Virus record (IMG/VR): IMGVR_UViG_3300025848_000049
Span: 1-56,136 of that record
Origin: a virus
Taxonomy: Duplodnaviria; Caudoviricetes
Strand: one strand, 5' to 3'
Length of the DNA: 56,136 nt
The first letter of the stretch is position 1. Each line of letters starts with the position of its first letter. Positions 39,463 through 47,828 of the stretch are shown here, piece by piece. The notes beneath the pieces were generated by a model. It was not told the origin of the DNA. It did not search any database and saw only the letters and a list, made by a program, of their open reading frames with translations. Made by a program: the position numbers and the translations under genes.

Positions 39463-39786
39463 TCATTGCAGCTTGGGCTCATCCACCAGATTGACTGTCA
39501 AGTTTGAGATTCCTGTCTCAACGTGTGACAGGTCCAGCCGGTACATGGTGGATTGATTTCCGCTCTTGCGAAGCCTCCGCTTGCGAGTAATCAGCTTCTT
39601 CTTTTCAAGACCAAGCAAACATTTGCAGATCGTGGCGCGAGACATGCCGGTATCAATGCAGAGCCTACGGATGGACGGCCAACAAACACCTTCAGCGTTA
39701 GCGTAGTTCGCCAGCATAAGTATGGTGAGTTTTTCATAGGGAGGCAGCGGTTGAGTAACTGCCCACGTCATAGCTTGGAAAGACAT
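39463..39786 (-). CDS. Winged-HTH replication initiator-like protein (HTH_36 type)
   Basis: MSFQAMTWA...EKL.ILMLANYA...CWPSIRRL...GMSRATI...LE. Confidence 0.8.
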   Translation of the reverse strand: MSFQAMTWAVTQPLPPYEKLTILMLANYANAEGVCWPSIRRLCIDTGMSRATICKCLLGLEKKKLITRKRRLRKSGNQSTMYRLDLSHVETGISNLTVNLVDEPKLQ

Positions 39787-39810
39787 TTGACCACTCCGGT
39801 ACGGAGCGGA

Positions 39811-39924
39811 TTGCAATTCTCACGATTTACGGTATAAACATCACTGTCAGACCGAAATCGCGGATGCATCCCGCGTTTCATTCCGAAGCCCGAATGGTTA
39901 GCGCCGTTCGGGCTTCATCTTTTT
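39811..39924 (+). ncRNA. Candidate antisense (countertranscript) sRNA with promoter and terminator
   Basis: TTGCAA-16-TATAAA at 39811-39838; hairpin cgcgg..ccgcg; hairpin gaagcccgaa..ttcgggcttc followed by a U tract. Confidence 0.55.
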
Positions 39925-39932
39925 AGACTACC

Positions 39933-40121
39933 CTATTCAGGCGTAGTAAGCAACTCTAACGCCTTGATAACACTATATGGTATGCGGCTTTCCCCCGATA
40001 ACCACCTATAGAGAGTCCGCTCATTAACGCCGAGATAATCGGTCACTTCCGCATAGGTGTTGCCAGTCTTGTTCACCAATTCGCGGAGGTATTCCATTTC
40101 ATCTTTTTGCTGTTTCTTCAC
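39933..40121 (-). CDS. Small XRE-type HTH regulator
   Basis: TYAEVTDYLGVNERTLYRWLSGESRIP. Confidence 0.8.
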   Translation of the reverse strand: MKKQQKDEMEYLRELVNKTGNTYAEVTDYLGVNERTLYRWLSGESRIPYSVIKALELLTTPE

Positions 40122-40131
40122 GTCTATTCTC

Positions 40132-40168
40132 CATGACGATTTGTCAGGTTACATGGCATATTGTCATA
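40132..40168. promoter_or_regulatory. Tandem operator-like dyads upstream of the XRE gene
   Basis: catgac-gattt-gtcagg and catggc-atatt-gtcata resemble the 36288 palindrome. Confidence 0.5.
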
Positions 40169-40171
40169 TTT

Positions 40172-40405
40172 TTAGCGGCTATGAGAGGCCCTTAACGCAT
40201 CCTTAATTCTTTCTTCATGGGCCTGTAGCCACTTCAGCGTCTCAAGCGCAGCCGTTAATTCAGGTAGCCACGACTCTTTTGCTTCCAACGTGCTTGGGTC
40301 GCGCTTCTTTTTGCTGACAAGCTCACGCAGAATATCAATGTGACCACGCAAATTCACCACAGCACGCTCTACAGCGGACACTTGAATATCCAGCGGAACC
40401 TTCAT
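40172..40405 (-). CDS. Hypothetical protein
   Basis: ATGA-coupled to the methylase gene. Confidence 0.65.
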   Translation of the reverse strand: MKVPLDIQVSAVERAVVNLRGHIDILRELVSKKKRDPSTLEAKESWLPELTAALETLKWLQAHEERIKDALRASHSR

Positions 40406-40929
40406 CGCCTGCCTACAAATGTGGTGGGGCCAGCCGCGTTTTGGTCAAACAAATACCAGCAGCAATTGTCCATGCCGGTGTTCTTGGACCCCTCAATCCA
40501 TTTGATCCTGCCAACTGACACGATCATGCGGCAGATATTCAGATAGCCTTTGGCTTGGCCTGTGTGCATCCAGTCGGCGTCAAACAGCAGCCACGTAGGC
40601 CGCAGCCGTGAACACCGCTCAATAATCTGATGTAGGACGGGCCGATCCCATGGCGGGTTTGTGATGATGAGTTCAGCCCCGTTCAGGTCTGACTCCTCAA
40701 TCCATGAGGCGTCATGCTGGCGAATACCCGATGCCAGCGGGCGCACGTCAAAAGCTGAAACGCAGCTTAGAGCGTGGTTCTCCAAGTGCCCGGCCAACAC
40801 ACCCGCGCCAGCGCAGGGCTCGCAAAAGGTCTGGCCCCGTGTCAGGAACGGGACCAGAGCCATGACAGCCGACGCAGGAGTTGGGTAGTAGTCTAGCTTG
40901 GCCCGCTCAAAGTCAGACCGTTTGCCCAT
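40402..40929 (-). CDS. DNA N6-adenine methyltransferase (small phage type)
   Basis: DYYPTP, EPCAGAG (SAM binding), ITNPPW (catalytic). Confidence 0.82.
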   Translation of the reverse strand: MGKRSDFERAKLDYYPTPASAVMALVPFLTRGQTFCEPCAGAGVLAGHLENHALSCVSAFDVRPLASGIRQHDASWIEESDLNGAELIITNPPWDRPVLHQIIERCSRLRPTWLLFDADWMHTGQAKGYLNICRMIVSVGRIKWIEGSKNTGMDNCCWYLFDQNAAGPTTFVGRR

Positions 40930-41212
40930 CTTTCCCCTCCAGCGCAGCGCGGGCCAACATGATTGTTTTCCAACAACACCACACGTCAAACATGTTGCCT
41001 GCTCCATAGTGCTCCAAAGCGTCCGAATATGTGGCTGTCTTCGGGAGATGATCCGGCCCAATAACGCACGCCAGATGGTTCCCTCCCACCATCACGGTCT
41101 GTAGCACGGCTTCCAATTCCTCTAAACGGTCAGCAGCCTCAAACAAAATGTCTGCTTCATCGTTATCGTCAGCCGTTATTTGCCGCAGCTTTTCGGCAAG
41201 CGTGTCAGTCAT
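40913..41212 (-). CDS. Cassette-array protein 1
   Basis: EAADRLEELE...ARAALEGKD. Confidence 0.7.
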   Translation of the reverse strand: MTDTLAEKLRQITADDNDEADILFEAADRLEELEAVLQTVMVGGNHLACVIGPDHLPKTATYSDALEHYGAGNMFDVWCCWKTIMLARAALEGKDGQTV

Positions 41213-41432
41213 GTACATCCTCCCCTAGTGCTGCGCGTGCTGCATGAAATGCTTTCGCGCCTTCCGCGGCGTGAGATAGACGGTCTTCTCTTTCCGTCGG
41301 GCAAGCGGCTCCCCAAGAAACCAACCGGCGTAGCGCCTTCTCCAACGTCTCTATGCGGTCGGCGGCGCGGTAGATGATTTCGCAGCTGCAAAAGTCTGAA
41401 CTACGCAGCCGCGCCACCAGATCATCAGCCAT
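41205..41432 (-). CDS. Cassette-array protein 2
   Basis: MADDLVARLR...AADRIETLE...ARAALGED. Confidence 0.7.
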   Translation of the reverse strand: MADDLVARLRSSDFCSCEIIYRAADRIETLEKALRRLVSWGAACPTEREDRLSHAAEGAKAFHAARAALGEDVHD

Positions 41433-41664
41433 GTCTTCCCTCCAAAACATCCATTATTTCTTTCTTTAACTTTTCTATTTGAAGCCGGGCCTCCGTTCGT
41501 AAGACGCAATCTTTCGTGACAAAATCCTCCAAGCGGTTATTTTGAACTAGCAATTCTTCAAATTGTTTTTCCAGCTCTTCAATGCGGTCGGCGGCTTCTG
41601 CCCTCTGGCTGCAACAGTCCCTCGCTGGAAAGTCGCGCAGCCGCGCCACAAGATCGTCAGCCAT
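41425..41664 (-). CDS. Cassette-array protein 3
   Basis: MADDLVARLR...EAADRIEELE...VLEGR. Confidence 0.7.
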   Translation of the reverse strand: MADDLVARLRDFPARDCCSQRAEAADRIEELEKQFEELLVQNNRLEDFVTKDCVLRTEARLQIEKLKKEIMDVLEGRHG

Positions 41665-41881
41665 TTTTCCCCTCCAGCGCTGCGCGGGCTTCTGCTGTGT
41701 CACACGCAACAGACCGCTCAATAATTTCCAAAGACCCGCGAAGATAACCCTCAAGCAACTCGACCCGCGCCTCCAACTCCTCAATGCGGTCGGCAGCATC
41801 GTGCATCAATGGTTGTTTGACATACGTTGTCGGCAATAAATGCGCTTGTTCGCGCAGCCGCATCACAAGATCATCACTCAT
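41657..41881 (-). CDS. Cassette-array protein 4
   Basis: MSDDLVMRLR...DAADRIEELE...ARAALEGK. Confidence 0.7.
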   Translation of the reverse strand: MSDDLVMRLREQAHLLPTTYVKQPLMHDAADRIEELEARVELLEGYLRGSLEIIERSVACDTAEARAALEGKNG

Positions 41882-42281
41882 CTTTCTTCTCCCCTAGTGC
41901 GGCGGGCGGGTCCCATTCATCAAATTCACGATTAAGAGCTTTTTGCGCTGTCGCTTTAACAGCCTTGCGAACAGCCATAGCGCCGTCAATTAATCCAGCC
42001 TCATAGCAATCCAATGGCGACATTGTTTCATATGGTAAATCAGATGAAACTGCGTCAGCGTCTTCTGTCCCTATGGCGCGGAAAATATACCGATAGATGC
42101 AAATTTCCCGAACATGGTCAGTCAACATTTTGCGATATTGCAAAATAGCTTCAGCAGCAGCTTCACGCTCATGCACAATGCGATCCCAAAAAGCATCGTC
42201 TGGGTCTGTAATCTCTATCTCAGACAACGGCTCTCTTAAACGCCTTATGAAAACGCCATCATCATGTTTTGGTTTAGTCAT
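41874..42281 (-). CDS. Cassette-array protein 5 (divergent, longer)
   Basis: IRRLRE...EAAAEAI...AALGEKKDE. Confidence 0.6.
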   Translation of the reverse strand: MTKPKHDDGVFIRRLREPLSEIEITDPDDAFWDRIVHEREAAAEAILQYRKMLTDHVREICIYRYIFRAIGTEDADAVSSDLPYETMSPLDCYEAGLIDGAMAVRKAVKATAQKALNREFDEWDPPAALGEKKDE

Positions 42282-42537
42282 CTTCCCCCTCCAGCGCAGC
42301 GCGGGCAAACTCCCGAATTTCATCAATCGTCTGGCGCGGTTGTGTCACGCTAATTGGATACCATGCGTATATGTGACTTAACGCCGCTTCCAATTTCTTG
42401 ATGCGGACAGCCCGTTCCTCCGAAATATCAACATATTCAAGATAAAGCTCATTGATTTGTTCAAGGCGGTCGGCGGCTTCCTCACAGTAACACGGATACG
42501 CCTCCTCACGCAGTCGCTTCACAAGATCATCAGTCAT
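42274..42537 (-). CDS. Cassette-array protein 6
   Basis: MTDDLVKRLR...EAADRLEQ...ARAALEGED. Confidence 0.7.
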   Translation of the reverse strand: MTDDLVKRLREEAYPCYCEEAADRLEQINELYLEYVDISEERAVRIKKLEAALSHIYAWYPISVTQPRQTIDEIREFARAALEGEDD

Positions 42538-42540
42538 TAC

Positions 42541-42756
42541 CTAATCCTCCCTCAAATGAGGAACACCAATCTCTGGCGGGTATTCAGGTTGCGGTCGATA
42601 CGCCAACCGACGCGCCATTTTGAGTTGCTGTTCTAACCTTTTGACTTCAGCTTCCAGTTTCTCTATGCGGTCGGCGGCTTGCTCCATCAATATGCGTTCA
42701 GTTGTTTCTCTATAGGGGTCTGGATAGCGCAGCCGCTTAACAAGATCATTACTCAT
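42541..42756 (-). CDS. Cassette-array protein 7
   Basis: MSNDLVKRLR...QAADRIEKLE. Confidence 0.7.
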   Translation of the reverse strand: MSNDLVKRLRYPDPYRETTERILMEQAADRIEKLEAEVKRLEQQLKMARRLAYRPQPEYPPEIGVPHLRED

Positions 42757-42952
42757 CTTTCCCCTCCAGCACTTCATTCAGGAAAGTGTTTAATGCCATG
42801 GCATAATTTGGCGCAGGGATTCCGTCTGGGCCGTCCTCAACGTCAACGTATTGGTCAATGAAGGCCATCGCAGCCATGAGGGCTTCTTCCAGTTCGCCCA
42901 TGCGGCGCAGCCGCGCCTCCGGTGACAGTCTTTCATTCAGATCATTATTCAT
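42749..42952 (-). CDS. Cassette-array protein 8 (divergent)
   Basis: MNNDLNERL...ELEEAL...VLEGKDE. Confidence 0.6.
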   Translation of the reverse strand: MNNDLNERLSPEARLRRMGELEEALMAAMAFIDQYVDVEDGPDGIPAPNYAMALNTFLNEVLEGKDE

Positions 42953-42963
42953 ATCAACCTCCA

Positions 42964-43713
42964 TCATGCCATTAGGACTTTGTATTCTTTACGCTCATTC
43001 TTGATCCAGTTTTCATCTGCGTTCACAAACATAGGCGGTATAAAAATCTTCTTCACCTCTGCACGCCCCTCGCCAACACGCTGGCGGCGAATATGCCCAC
43101 GGCGAAGATGAGGGCGCTTTTTCGCGCCTGTTCCTAAATTGCCGCCACTATACGTCTCAGTAATTTTCCCTATTCTGATTGTAGTCGTGTACTCAGAGCT
43201 TTGAGCGTCTTGTCGTATTCTCTGAAACTTTCCACGCAAACTATTCTCTGTAACTTTCTTGTCGGCGTTTGGTGTTGCCAGAAGGACAATCAATATCTCG
43301 AACAGACGACCCCCTATATGACGACTGACTTCTTTAAGCTGCTTTGACATGCCGACCTCAGCAAACCAGTTTATCTCTTTGGCGCGGTCAAATTTAATAC
43401 CAACAATAGTTCCGAGAGGATTGTTTCCCTCCCGCTGCAAATCAGATGAAAAATAAAAGAACAGCTCCATATCTTTTGCTGACCAATATCTGTTTAAGTC
43501 TTCAGCACCATCTTGCCCGTATTGGCTTACATATTGTTTATCCAACATCATTTTAGCGAGGAATGAAGACTTCACCGTTATGATGAATTTCTCAAACGGC
43601 GGATAAAATATATCCATTTCCCACATATCTCTTGCGGTGGCGTCAATGTCATCAAGACTGATTGAGTCAAATATGTCAGGCGTTAACCTGAACATTTGAG
43701 CTACCTTCTCCAT
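42964..43713 (-). CDS. Hypothetical protein with C-terminal PHLRRGH motif
   Basis: KRPHLRRGHIRRQRVG...FIPPMFVN; AT-richer than neighbours. Confidence 0.7.
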   Translation of the reverse strand: MEKVAQMFRLTPDIFDSISLDDIDATARDMWEMDIFYPPFEKFIITVKSSFLAKMMLDKQYVSQYGQDGAEDLNRYWSAKDMELFFYFSSDLQREGNNPLGTIVGIKFDRAKEINWFAEVGMSKQLKEVSRHIGGRLFEILIVLLATPNADKKVTENSLRGKFQRIRQDAQSSEYTTTIRIGKITETYSGGNLGTGAKKRPHLRRGHIRRQRVGEGRAEVKKIFIPPMFVNADENWIKNERKEYKVLMA

Positions 43714-44062
43714 CCGTGATCTCCTCTATAATCAGGGTGCATTGCGGGCCGTCTTTGACCCACCGCCCCTCAAGCCATTCACATTTGCTATCGTCTATAA
43801 TCCCAGCGGACACCAAACAGTCTGACGCCGCCTTGAACAAGTTATCCAGATCACGCTTGCGTTTGTCAGGGCGCACCACAAGCATTGTGAGTTTGTATGC
43901 CCCCTCAAATTTCAGCCCCTTGGCTTGCACGCTGACTTGCCAGATCGCGGGCGTCCGCCACGCCTCATACTTAGGCGACCGATAGACCGCGCCTCCCTTA
44001 CCTGTTCTCCACAGGCGGTTCATTGACGGGGGCAACGGCAGTATCAGTTCCAACCTTTTCAC
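43676..44062 (-). CDS. rusA: RusA family Holliday junction resolvase
   Basis: LPLPPSMNRLWR...PDKRKRDLDNLFKAASDCL..AGIIDD. Confidence 0.88.
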   Translation of the reverse strand: MKRLELILPLPPSMNRLWRTGKGGAVYRSPKYEAWRTPAIWQVSVQAKGLKFEGAYKLTMLVVRPDKRKRDLDNLFKAASDCLVSAGIIDDSKCEWLEGRWVKDGPQCTLIIEEITDGEGSSNVQVNA

Positions 44063-44372
44063 GGCGATCCTCCAAAGACCGCGCCAGAGCAAAAGCCACA
44101 GAAGCCTCTGTCGTCTGCAACGCCCGCGCAATATCAGCCGTGTTCATGCCACGGTCAAACATCTGGAGAATGAGTCGCTCGTCATCAAACAGGTCCGGCC
44201 TGATCAACTGGCGCGGCAAACCTGTCAGCTCAGAGACCCTGTTCAGATGCTTGAACGGGACCCTGTGCCAAACCGCAACCGCTTGACGGCTAAGGCCTAG
44301 CTTGAGTGCGAGTGCGCCTACGCCGCCAGAGGCAGCAAAGACGTTCATGAGTTCTGGTGATCTTTTGTTCAT
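43998..44372 (-). CDS. Cro/YdaS-like regulator with a second HTH
   Basis: GGVGALALKLGLSRQAV..W..VP...GLPRQLIRPDLF; GMNTADIARAL. Confidence 0.78.
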   Translation of the reverse strand: MNKRSPELMNVFAASGGVGALALKLGLSRQAVAVWHRVPFKHLNRVSELTGLPRQLIRPDLFDDERLILQMFDRGMNTADIARALQTTEASVAFALARSLEDRREKVGTDTAVAPVNEPPVENR

Positions 44373-44379
44373 GCTCTGG

Positions 44380-44408
44380 ACAATAAAACGCAAAAAAAGA
44401 CTTGTCAA
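44380..44408 (-). promoter_or_regulatory. Sigma70 promoter for the cro-like gene (possibly leaderless)
   Basis: TTGACA-17-TATTGT on the minus strand, 7 nt before ATG 44372. Confidence 0.7.
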
Positions 44409-44462
44409 CCCTTGCGCGCTGTGACATAAGCATTATGTCCCCAATACGGACGGAGATGAACC

Positions 44463-44720
44463 ATGGCGTACCAACCCAACTACTATTTCATTGATGAGTA
44501 TCAGATACCGTCAATGCCCAGCATCCTGATCTACGACACGCATCTTGATATTGAAGTGGACTATGGTGGTGACTGGTACATCAATGCGATCTCTATGCGT
44601 GATAGCGATGAGAGGATTGTGCAATTCAAGAAAGGCGACTGGCTGTTTGACCTGCTAACCAGAAACATCTACGCTGACCATGGCATGATGGAATTGATCT
44701 CTGCTGAATGTAAAGTCTGA
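44463..44720 (+). CDS. Hypothetical protein
   Basis: GGAG RBS; first gene of the rightward operon. Confidence 0.65.
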   Translation: MAYQPNYYFIDEYQIPSMPSILIYDTHLDIEVDYGGDWYINAISMRDSDERIVQFKKGDWLFDLLTRNIYADHGMMELISAECKV

Positions 44721-44743
44721 TAACTAAACTCGGGAGCAATCTT

Positions 44744-45331
44744 ATGAAAATGTCTGAGACGATTACTGAACTCGCTGGCGCGCTTGCTAAGGCACAAGGC
44801 CAGATTGAAGACGCCTCCAAGGGTTCTGAGAATCCTTACTTCAAGAGCCGCTATGCTGATCTTGCCGCTGTGCGTGCTGTGATCCGTGAGCCGCTTGCTG
44901 TGAATGATCTCGCTATCATTCAAGCTCCGCGCACCGTTAACGGCGGCGCAGAAGTTGAAACTATGCTCGTTCACAAGTCTGGCGAGTTTATCTCTGAAAC
45001 GCTGTTTATGCCTGCGGGAAAGGCTGATCCTCACGGGTATGCCAGCGCGATCACCTACGCTCGTCGCATTGGCATCATGTCTCTGCTTGCCCTCGCCAGC
45101 TATGATGATGACGGCAACACTGCTGTTGATTCCGTCAAGGAACAGGCTCCGCAAAAGAGCAAGCCCAGCGCAGACGTGATGGCTGCTGCAAACAACGCTG
45201 CAAAGCAGGGCACGCCCGCTCTGACGGAGTGGTGGCGGTCCCTGTCTAAAGAAGACCGCTCACTGATTGACAGCAACACCATTAAGTCGCTGAAGGCGGC
45301 GGCCAAAGAAGCGGATGGCGCTAGTGAGTAA
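44744..45331 (+). CDS. erf: Erf family ssDNA-annealing recombinase
   Basis: ALAKAQ...NPYFKSRYADL...HKSGE...SAITYARR...DDDGN. Confidence 0.9.
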   Translation: MKMSETITELAGALAKAQGQIEDASKGSENPYFKSRYADLAAVRAVIREPLAVNDLAIIQAPRTVNGGAEVETMLVHKSGEFISETLFMPAGKADPHGYASAITYARRIGIMSLLALASYDDDGNTAVDSVKEQAPQKSKPSADVMAAANNAAKQGTPALTEWWRSLSKEDRSLIDSNTIKSLKAAAKEADGASE

Positions 45332-45509
45332 GACTGGCGACATAGCGTATGAGATGGAGCTTATCAGCTCATCCATGCGCGCCTCCCAGCGCATCGCGGA
45401 ACTTGAGTCCGCGCTGCGCAGGATCATCAATGAAGTCATCCCCGACAGCATACGGGAGATGAATCAGATCGTGCGTGATGCTGAAGATATTTTGGAAAAG
45501 GAATGGTGA
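45315..45509 (+). CDS. Hypothetical protein
   Basis: RIAELESALR coiled coil; fills the gap between erf and the exonuclease. Confidence 0.5.
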   Translation: MALVSKTGDIAYEMELISSSMRASQRIAELESALRRIINEVIPDSIREMNQIVRDAEDILEKEW

Positions 45510-46126
45510 TGGAACAGCGCACAGATGAATGGTTTGCCGCACGTCTTGGCAAGGTGACTGCCTCGCGCATTGCTGACGTTATGGCAAAGACCAAGACTGG
45601 CTACGGTGCAAGCCGGGCTAACTATATGGCAGAACTCATCGTGGAACGTCTGACGGGTCAGAAGGGGGACTCCTATCAGAACGCTGCGATGATCTGGGGC
45701 ACGAACACGGAACCACTGGCGCGTGCTGCCTACGAGGCGCACAGGGGGGTGCTAGTGGAAGAAACCGGGTTCGTGCCCCACCCATCTGGGGCAATGACAG
45801 GTGCCTCGCCAGACGGCCTAGTTGGAGATGACGGCCTTGTTGAGATCAAGTGCCCCAACACGGCCACTCACATTGACACGCTCATGTCAGATGACGCGCC
45901 GCCTAAGTACTTTGCTCAGATGCAATGGCAGATGGCCTGTACTGGCAGGGCGTGGTGCGATTTTGTGTCTTTTGACCCCCGTATGCCAGAAGAGATGCAG
46001 TTGTTTGTTGTCCGTGTAGAGCGTGACGACACGTGGATCATTATGGCTGAAGAGGCGGTTCAAGCGTTTCTGTCTGAACTGGATGAAATGGTTTCCAAGC
46101 TGAAGGAGAAATATAATGGCGTATGA
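45503..46126 (+). CDS. YqaJ / lambda-type exonuclease
   Basis: QRTDEWFAARLGKVTAS, GASPDGL, EIKCP, QMQWQM. Confidence 0.92.
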   Translation: MVMEQRTDEWFAARLGKVTASRIADVMAKTKTGYGASRANYMAELIVERLTGQKGDSYQNAAMIWGTNTEPLARAAYEAHRGVLVEETGFVPHPSGAMTGASPDGLVGDDGLVEIKCPNTATHIDTLMSDDAPPKYFAQMQWQMACTGRAWCDFVSFDPRMPEEMQLFVVRVERDDTWIIMAEEAVQAFLSELDEMVSKLKEKYNGV

Positions 46127-46364
46127 GCTTCGGGATAACAGCGGCTCTATGTTCAAGAACACCCGCAAAGATAATGACAGACAGGCCGACATGACCGGAG
46201 ATGTCATGATTGACGGTCAGACCTACTGGATCAACGGCTGGCGCAAAGTGGATAAGAACGGCAACCCTTGGTATTCATTCTCTTTCAAGAAGAAAGAGCC
46301 GCGCCAGAACGCTCCCCAATCTGCCCCGCGTCAGGCTGTTTCTGACGACGAGATTCCTTTTTGA
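46116..46364 (+). CDS. Small ssDNA-binding protein candidate
   Basis: GSMFKN...DMTG.VMIDG..YWINGW; acidic DDEIPF tail. Confidence 0.7.
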   Translation: MAYELRDNSGSMFKNTRKDNDRQADMTGDVMIDGQTYWINGWRKVDKNGNPWYSFSFKKKEPRQNAPQSAPRQAVSDDEIPF

Positions 46365-46684
46365 CCATGGACGCAAATCTCCCTCTCTCAGAACAGTTTC
46401 GCGTCATCGCCAAAAAGTGGGTTGATGCGGACTCTGCGGCCTCCATGTTGGAGGAAACCAAATCTAGCGTGCTTGCTCAGATGATGGCGGGGCAGGGAGA
46501 TATGCCTGTCAGTCGCGCCGAGATGAACGTCAAGGCTTCTGGCGAGTGGCGTGAGTACGTCAAGAGCATGGTAGAGGCGCGTGAAAAGGCGTCTCTGCTC
46601 AAAGTCCAACTGGAATATATCAGGATGCGCTTTCATGAGTGGCAATCACATGAGGCCACCAAGCGCGCGGAAATGAAGCTGTAG
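46361..46684 (+). CDS. Phage coiled-coil protein
   Basis: KKWVDADSAASMLEETKS; operon context. Confidence 0.7.
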   Translation: MTMDANLPLSEQFRVIAKKWVDADSAASMLEETKSSVLAQMMAGQGDMPVSRAEMNVKASGEWREYVKSMVEAREKASLLKVQLEYIRMRFHEWQSHEATKRAEMKL

Positions 46685-46694
46685 GAGATATGAT

Positions 46695-47000
46695 ATGAGC
46701 GATCATGAAGATGAAATTGAGCAATTGACTCGCCTAGTAGATGAGGTCCGAGAGGGAATAGAAGCTGCTGTTAAGTTAAAAAAAATATCAGATCAGATTA
46801 TCAAGATTTTGGAGAATGTAGATGAAAGCATGGCGCTAACTATTGCCACGGTTGTTGCTGGGCGTGTCATTAGCTCTGTCGCAAAGAACGGAGTTGCCGC
46901 AAAGTGCATGTCTGCAACCATGCACGCGCGCATATACGAGTTTGTGCATATGAACTTTGATGATGAAGAAGAAGACGATGAAGAGCAAATTTTGCAATGA
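46695..47000 (+). CDS. Hypothetical protein
   Basis: AGGAG RBS; acidic tail. Confidence 0.6.
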   Translation: MSDHEDEIEQLTRLVDEVREGIEAAVKLKKISDQIIKILENVDESMALTIATVVAGRVISSVAKNGVAAKCMSATMHARIYEFVHMNFDDEEEDDEEQILQ

Positions 47001-47350
47001 AACGGGTACGCATCACGGCCAAAACGCGGGCTGACATCTTTATGCGGCACGGCGGCATCTGCCACCTGTGCAACATGAAAGTGATCCCCGGACAAGAGTG
47101 GGACGTGTCACATGAAATTCCATTGGAAGCAGGTGGCGCTGACGATGCTAGTAATTGGCTGGTTGCCCATCGCAAGTGCCATCGTGCTCATACTGCTACT
47201 GTGGATGCTCCCCTGATCGCCAAGGTAAAACGCATACACCAACGCCACATTGGAGCCAAGAAATCCAAAAGCCCGATACCGGGTGGCAGGAACTCCAAGT
47301 GGAAACGCAAGATGGATGGAACCGTTGTCAGACGAGACGCAGAGAGCTGA
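46997..47350 (+). CDS. HNH endonuclease
   Basis: CHLC...WDVSHEIPL..GG.D...N...AHRKCH. Confidence 0.82.
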   Translation: MKRVRITAKTRADIFMRHGGICHLCNMKVIPGQEWDVSHEIPLEAGGADDASNWLVAHRKCHRAHTATVDAPLIAKVKRIHQRHIGAKKSKSPIPGGRNSKWKRKMDGTVVRRDAES

Positions 47351-47828
47351 ATCTCACGAGAGATTCCTGAAGCGTTTGGATGGATCACGTCCTGCTCTTT
47401 TTAAGGTAGCTGAATGGCTGCATAGAAAGGGCAAGACCGTGACCATTCCTGCTATTCGGTATTCTCCAGAGCATAGAGAGTTTCTGAAGTACGTAGACAA
47501 GGGTGACATCATCATCACCAATGATGACGGCAGCCAATCAATAGTTGAGGTCAAACACTTCAAGCAGACCAAGTTTACGTGCGCGGAAGACTTCCCTCAT
47601 CCGTCCGTGATTGTATCAAACATATATACCGTTCAGAGAAATCGCGGGCACATCTCTGCTTACTTAATTCTGAATAAAGACATGACTCATATGATTATTG
47701 TTAAAGGAAGCAAAATAGACGAGTGGGAGATACGGGATATATACGCATCAAACACTCAAAAGTTTGAAAAGTACTACACGTGCCATCCGAAAGATTGCAA
47801 GTTTATCTCCATTGAGGAACAGAAATGA
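47316..47828 (+). CDS. PD-(D/E)xK nuclease-like protein
   Basis: GDIII...IVEVKH motif; start uncertain. Confidence 0.5.
   Translation: MEPLSDETQRAESHERFLKRLDGSRPALFKVAEWLHRKGKTVTIPAIRYSPEHREFLKYVDKGDIIITNDDGSQSIVEVKHFKQTKFTCAEDFPHPSVIVSNIYTVQRNRGHISAYLILNKDMTHMIIVKGSKIDEWEIRDIYASNTQKFEKYYTCHPKDCKFISIEEQK

Noticed and set aside
39845-39924. Structured segment as a tRNA
   Set aside because: No cloverleaf, T-loop consensus or acceptor stem; two hairpins only
40913-42967. Cassette array as CRISPR array or true integron
   Set aside because: Repeats are coding and degenerate; no attC-like palindromes, integrase or cas genes seen
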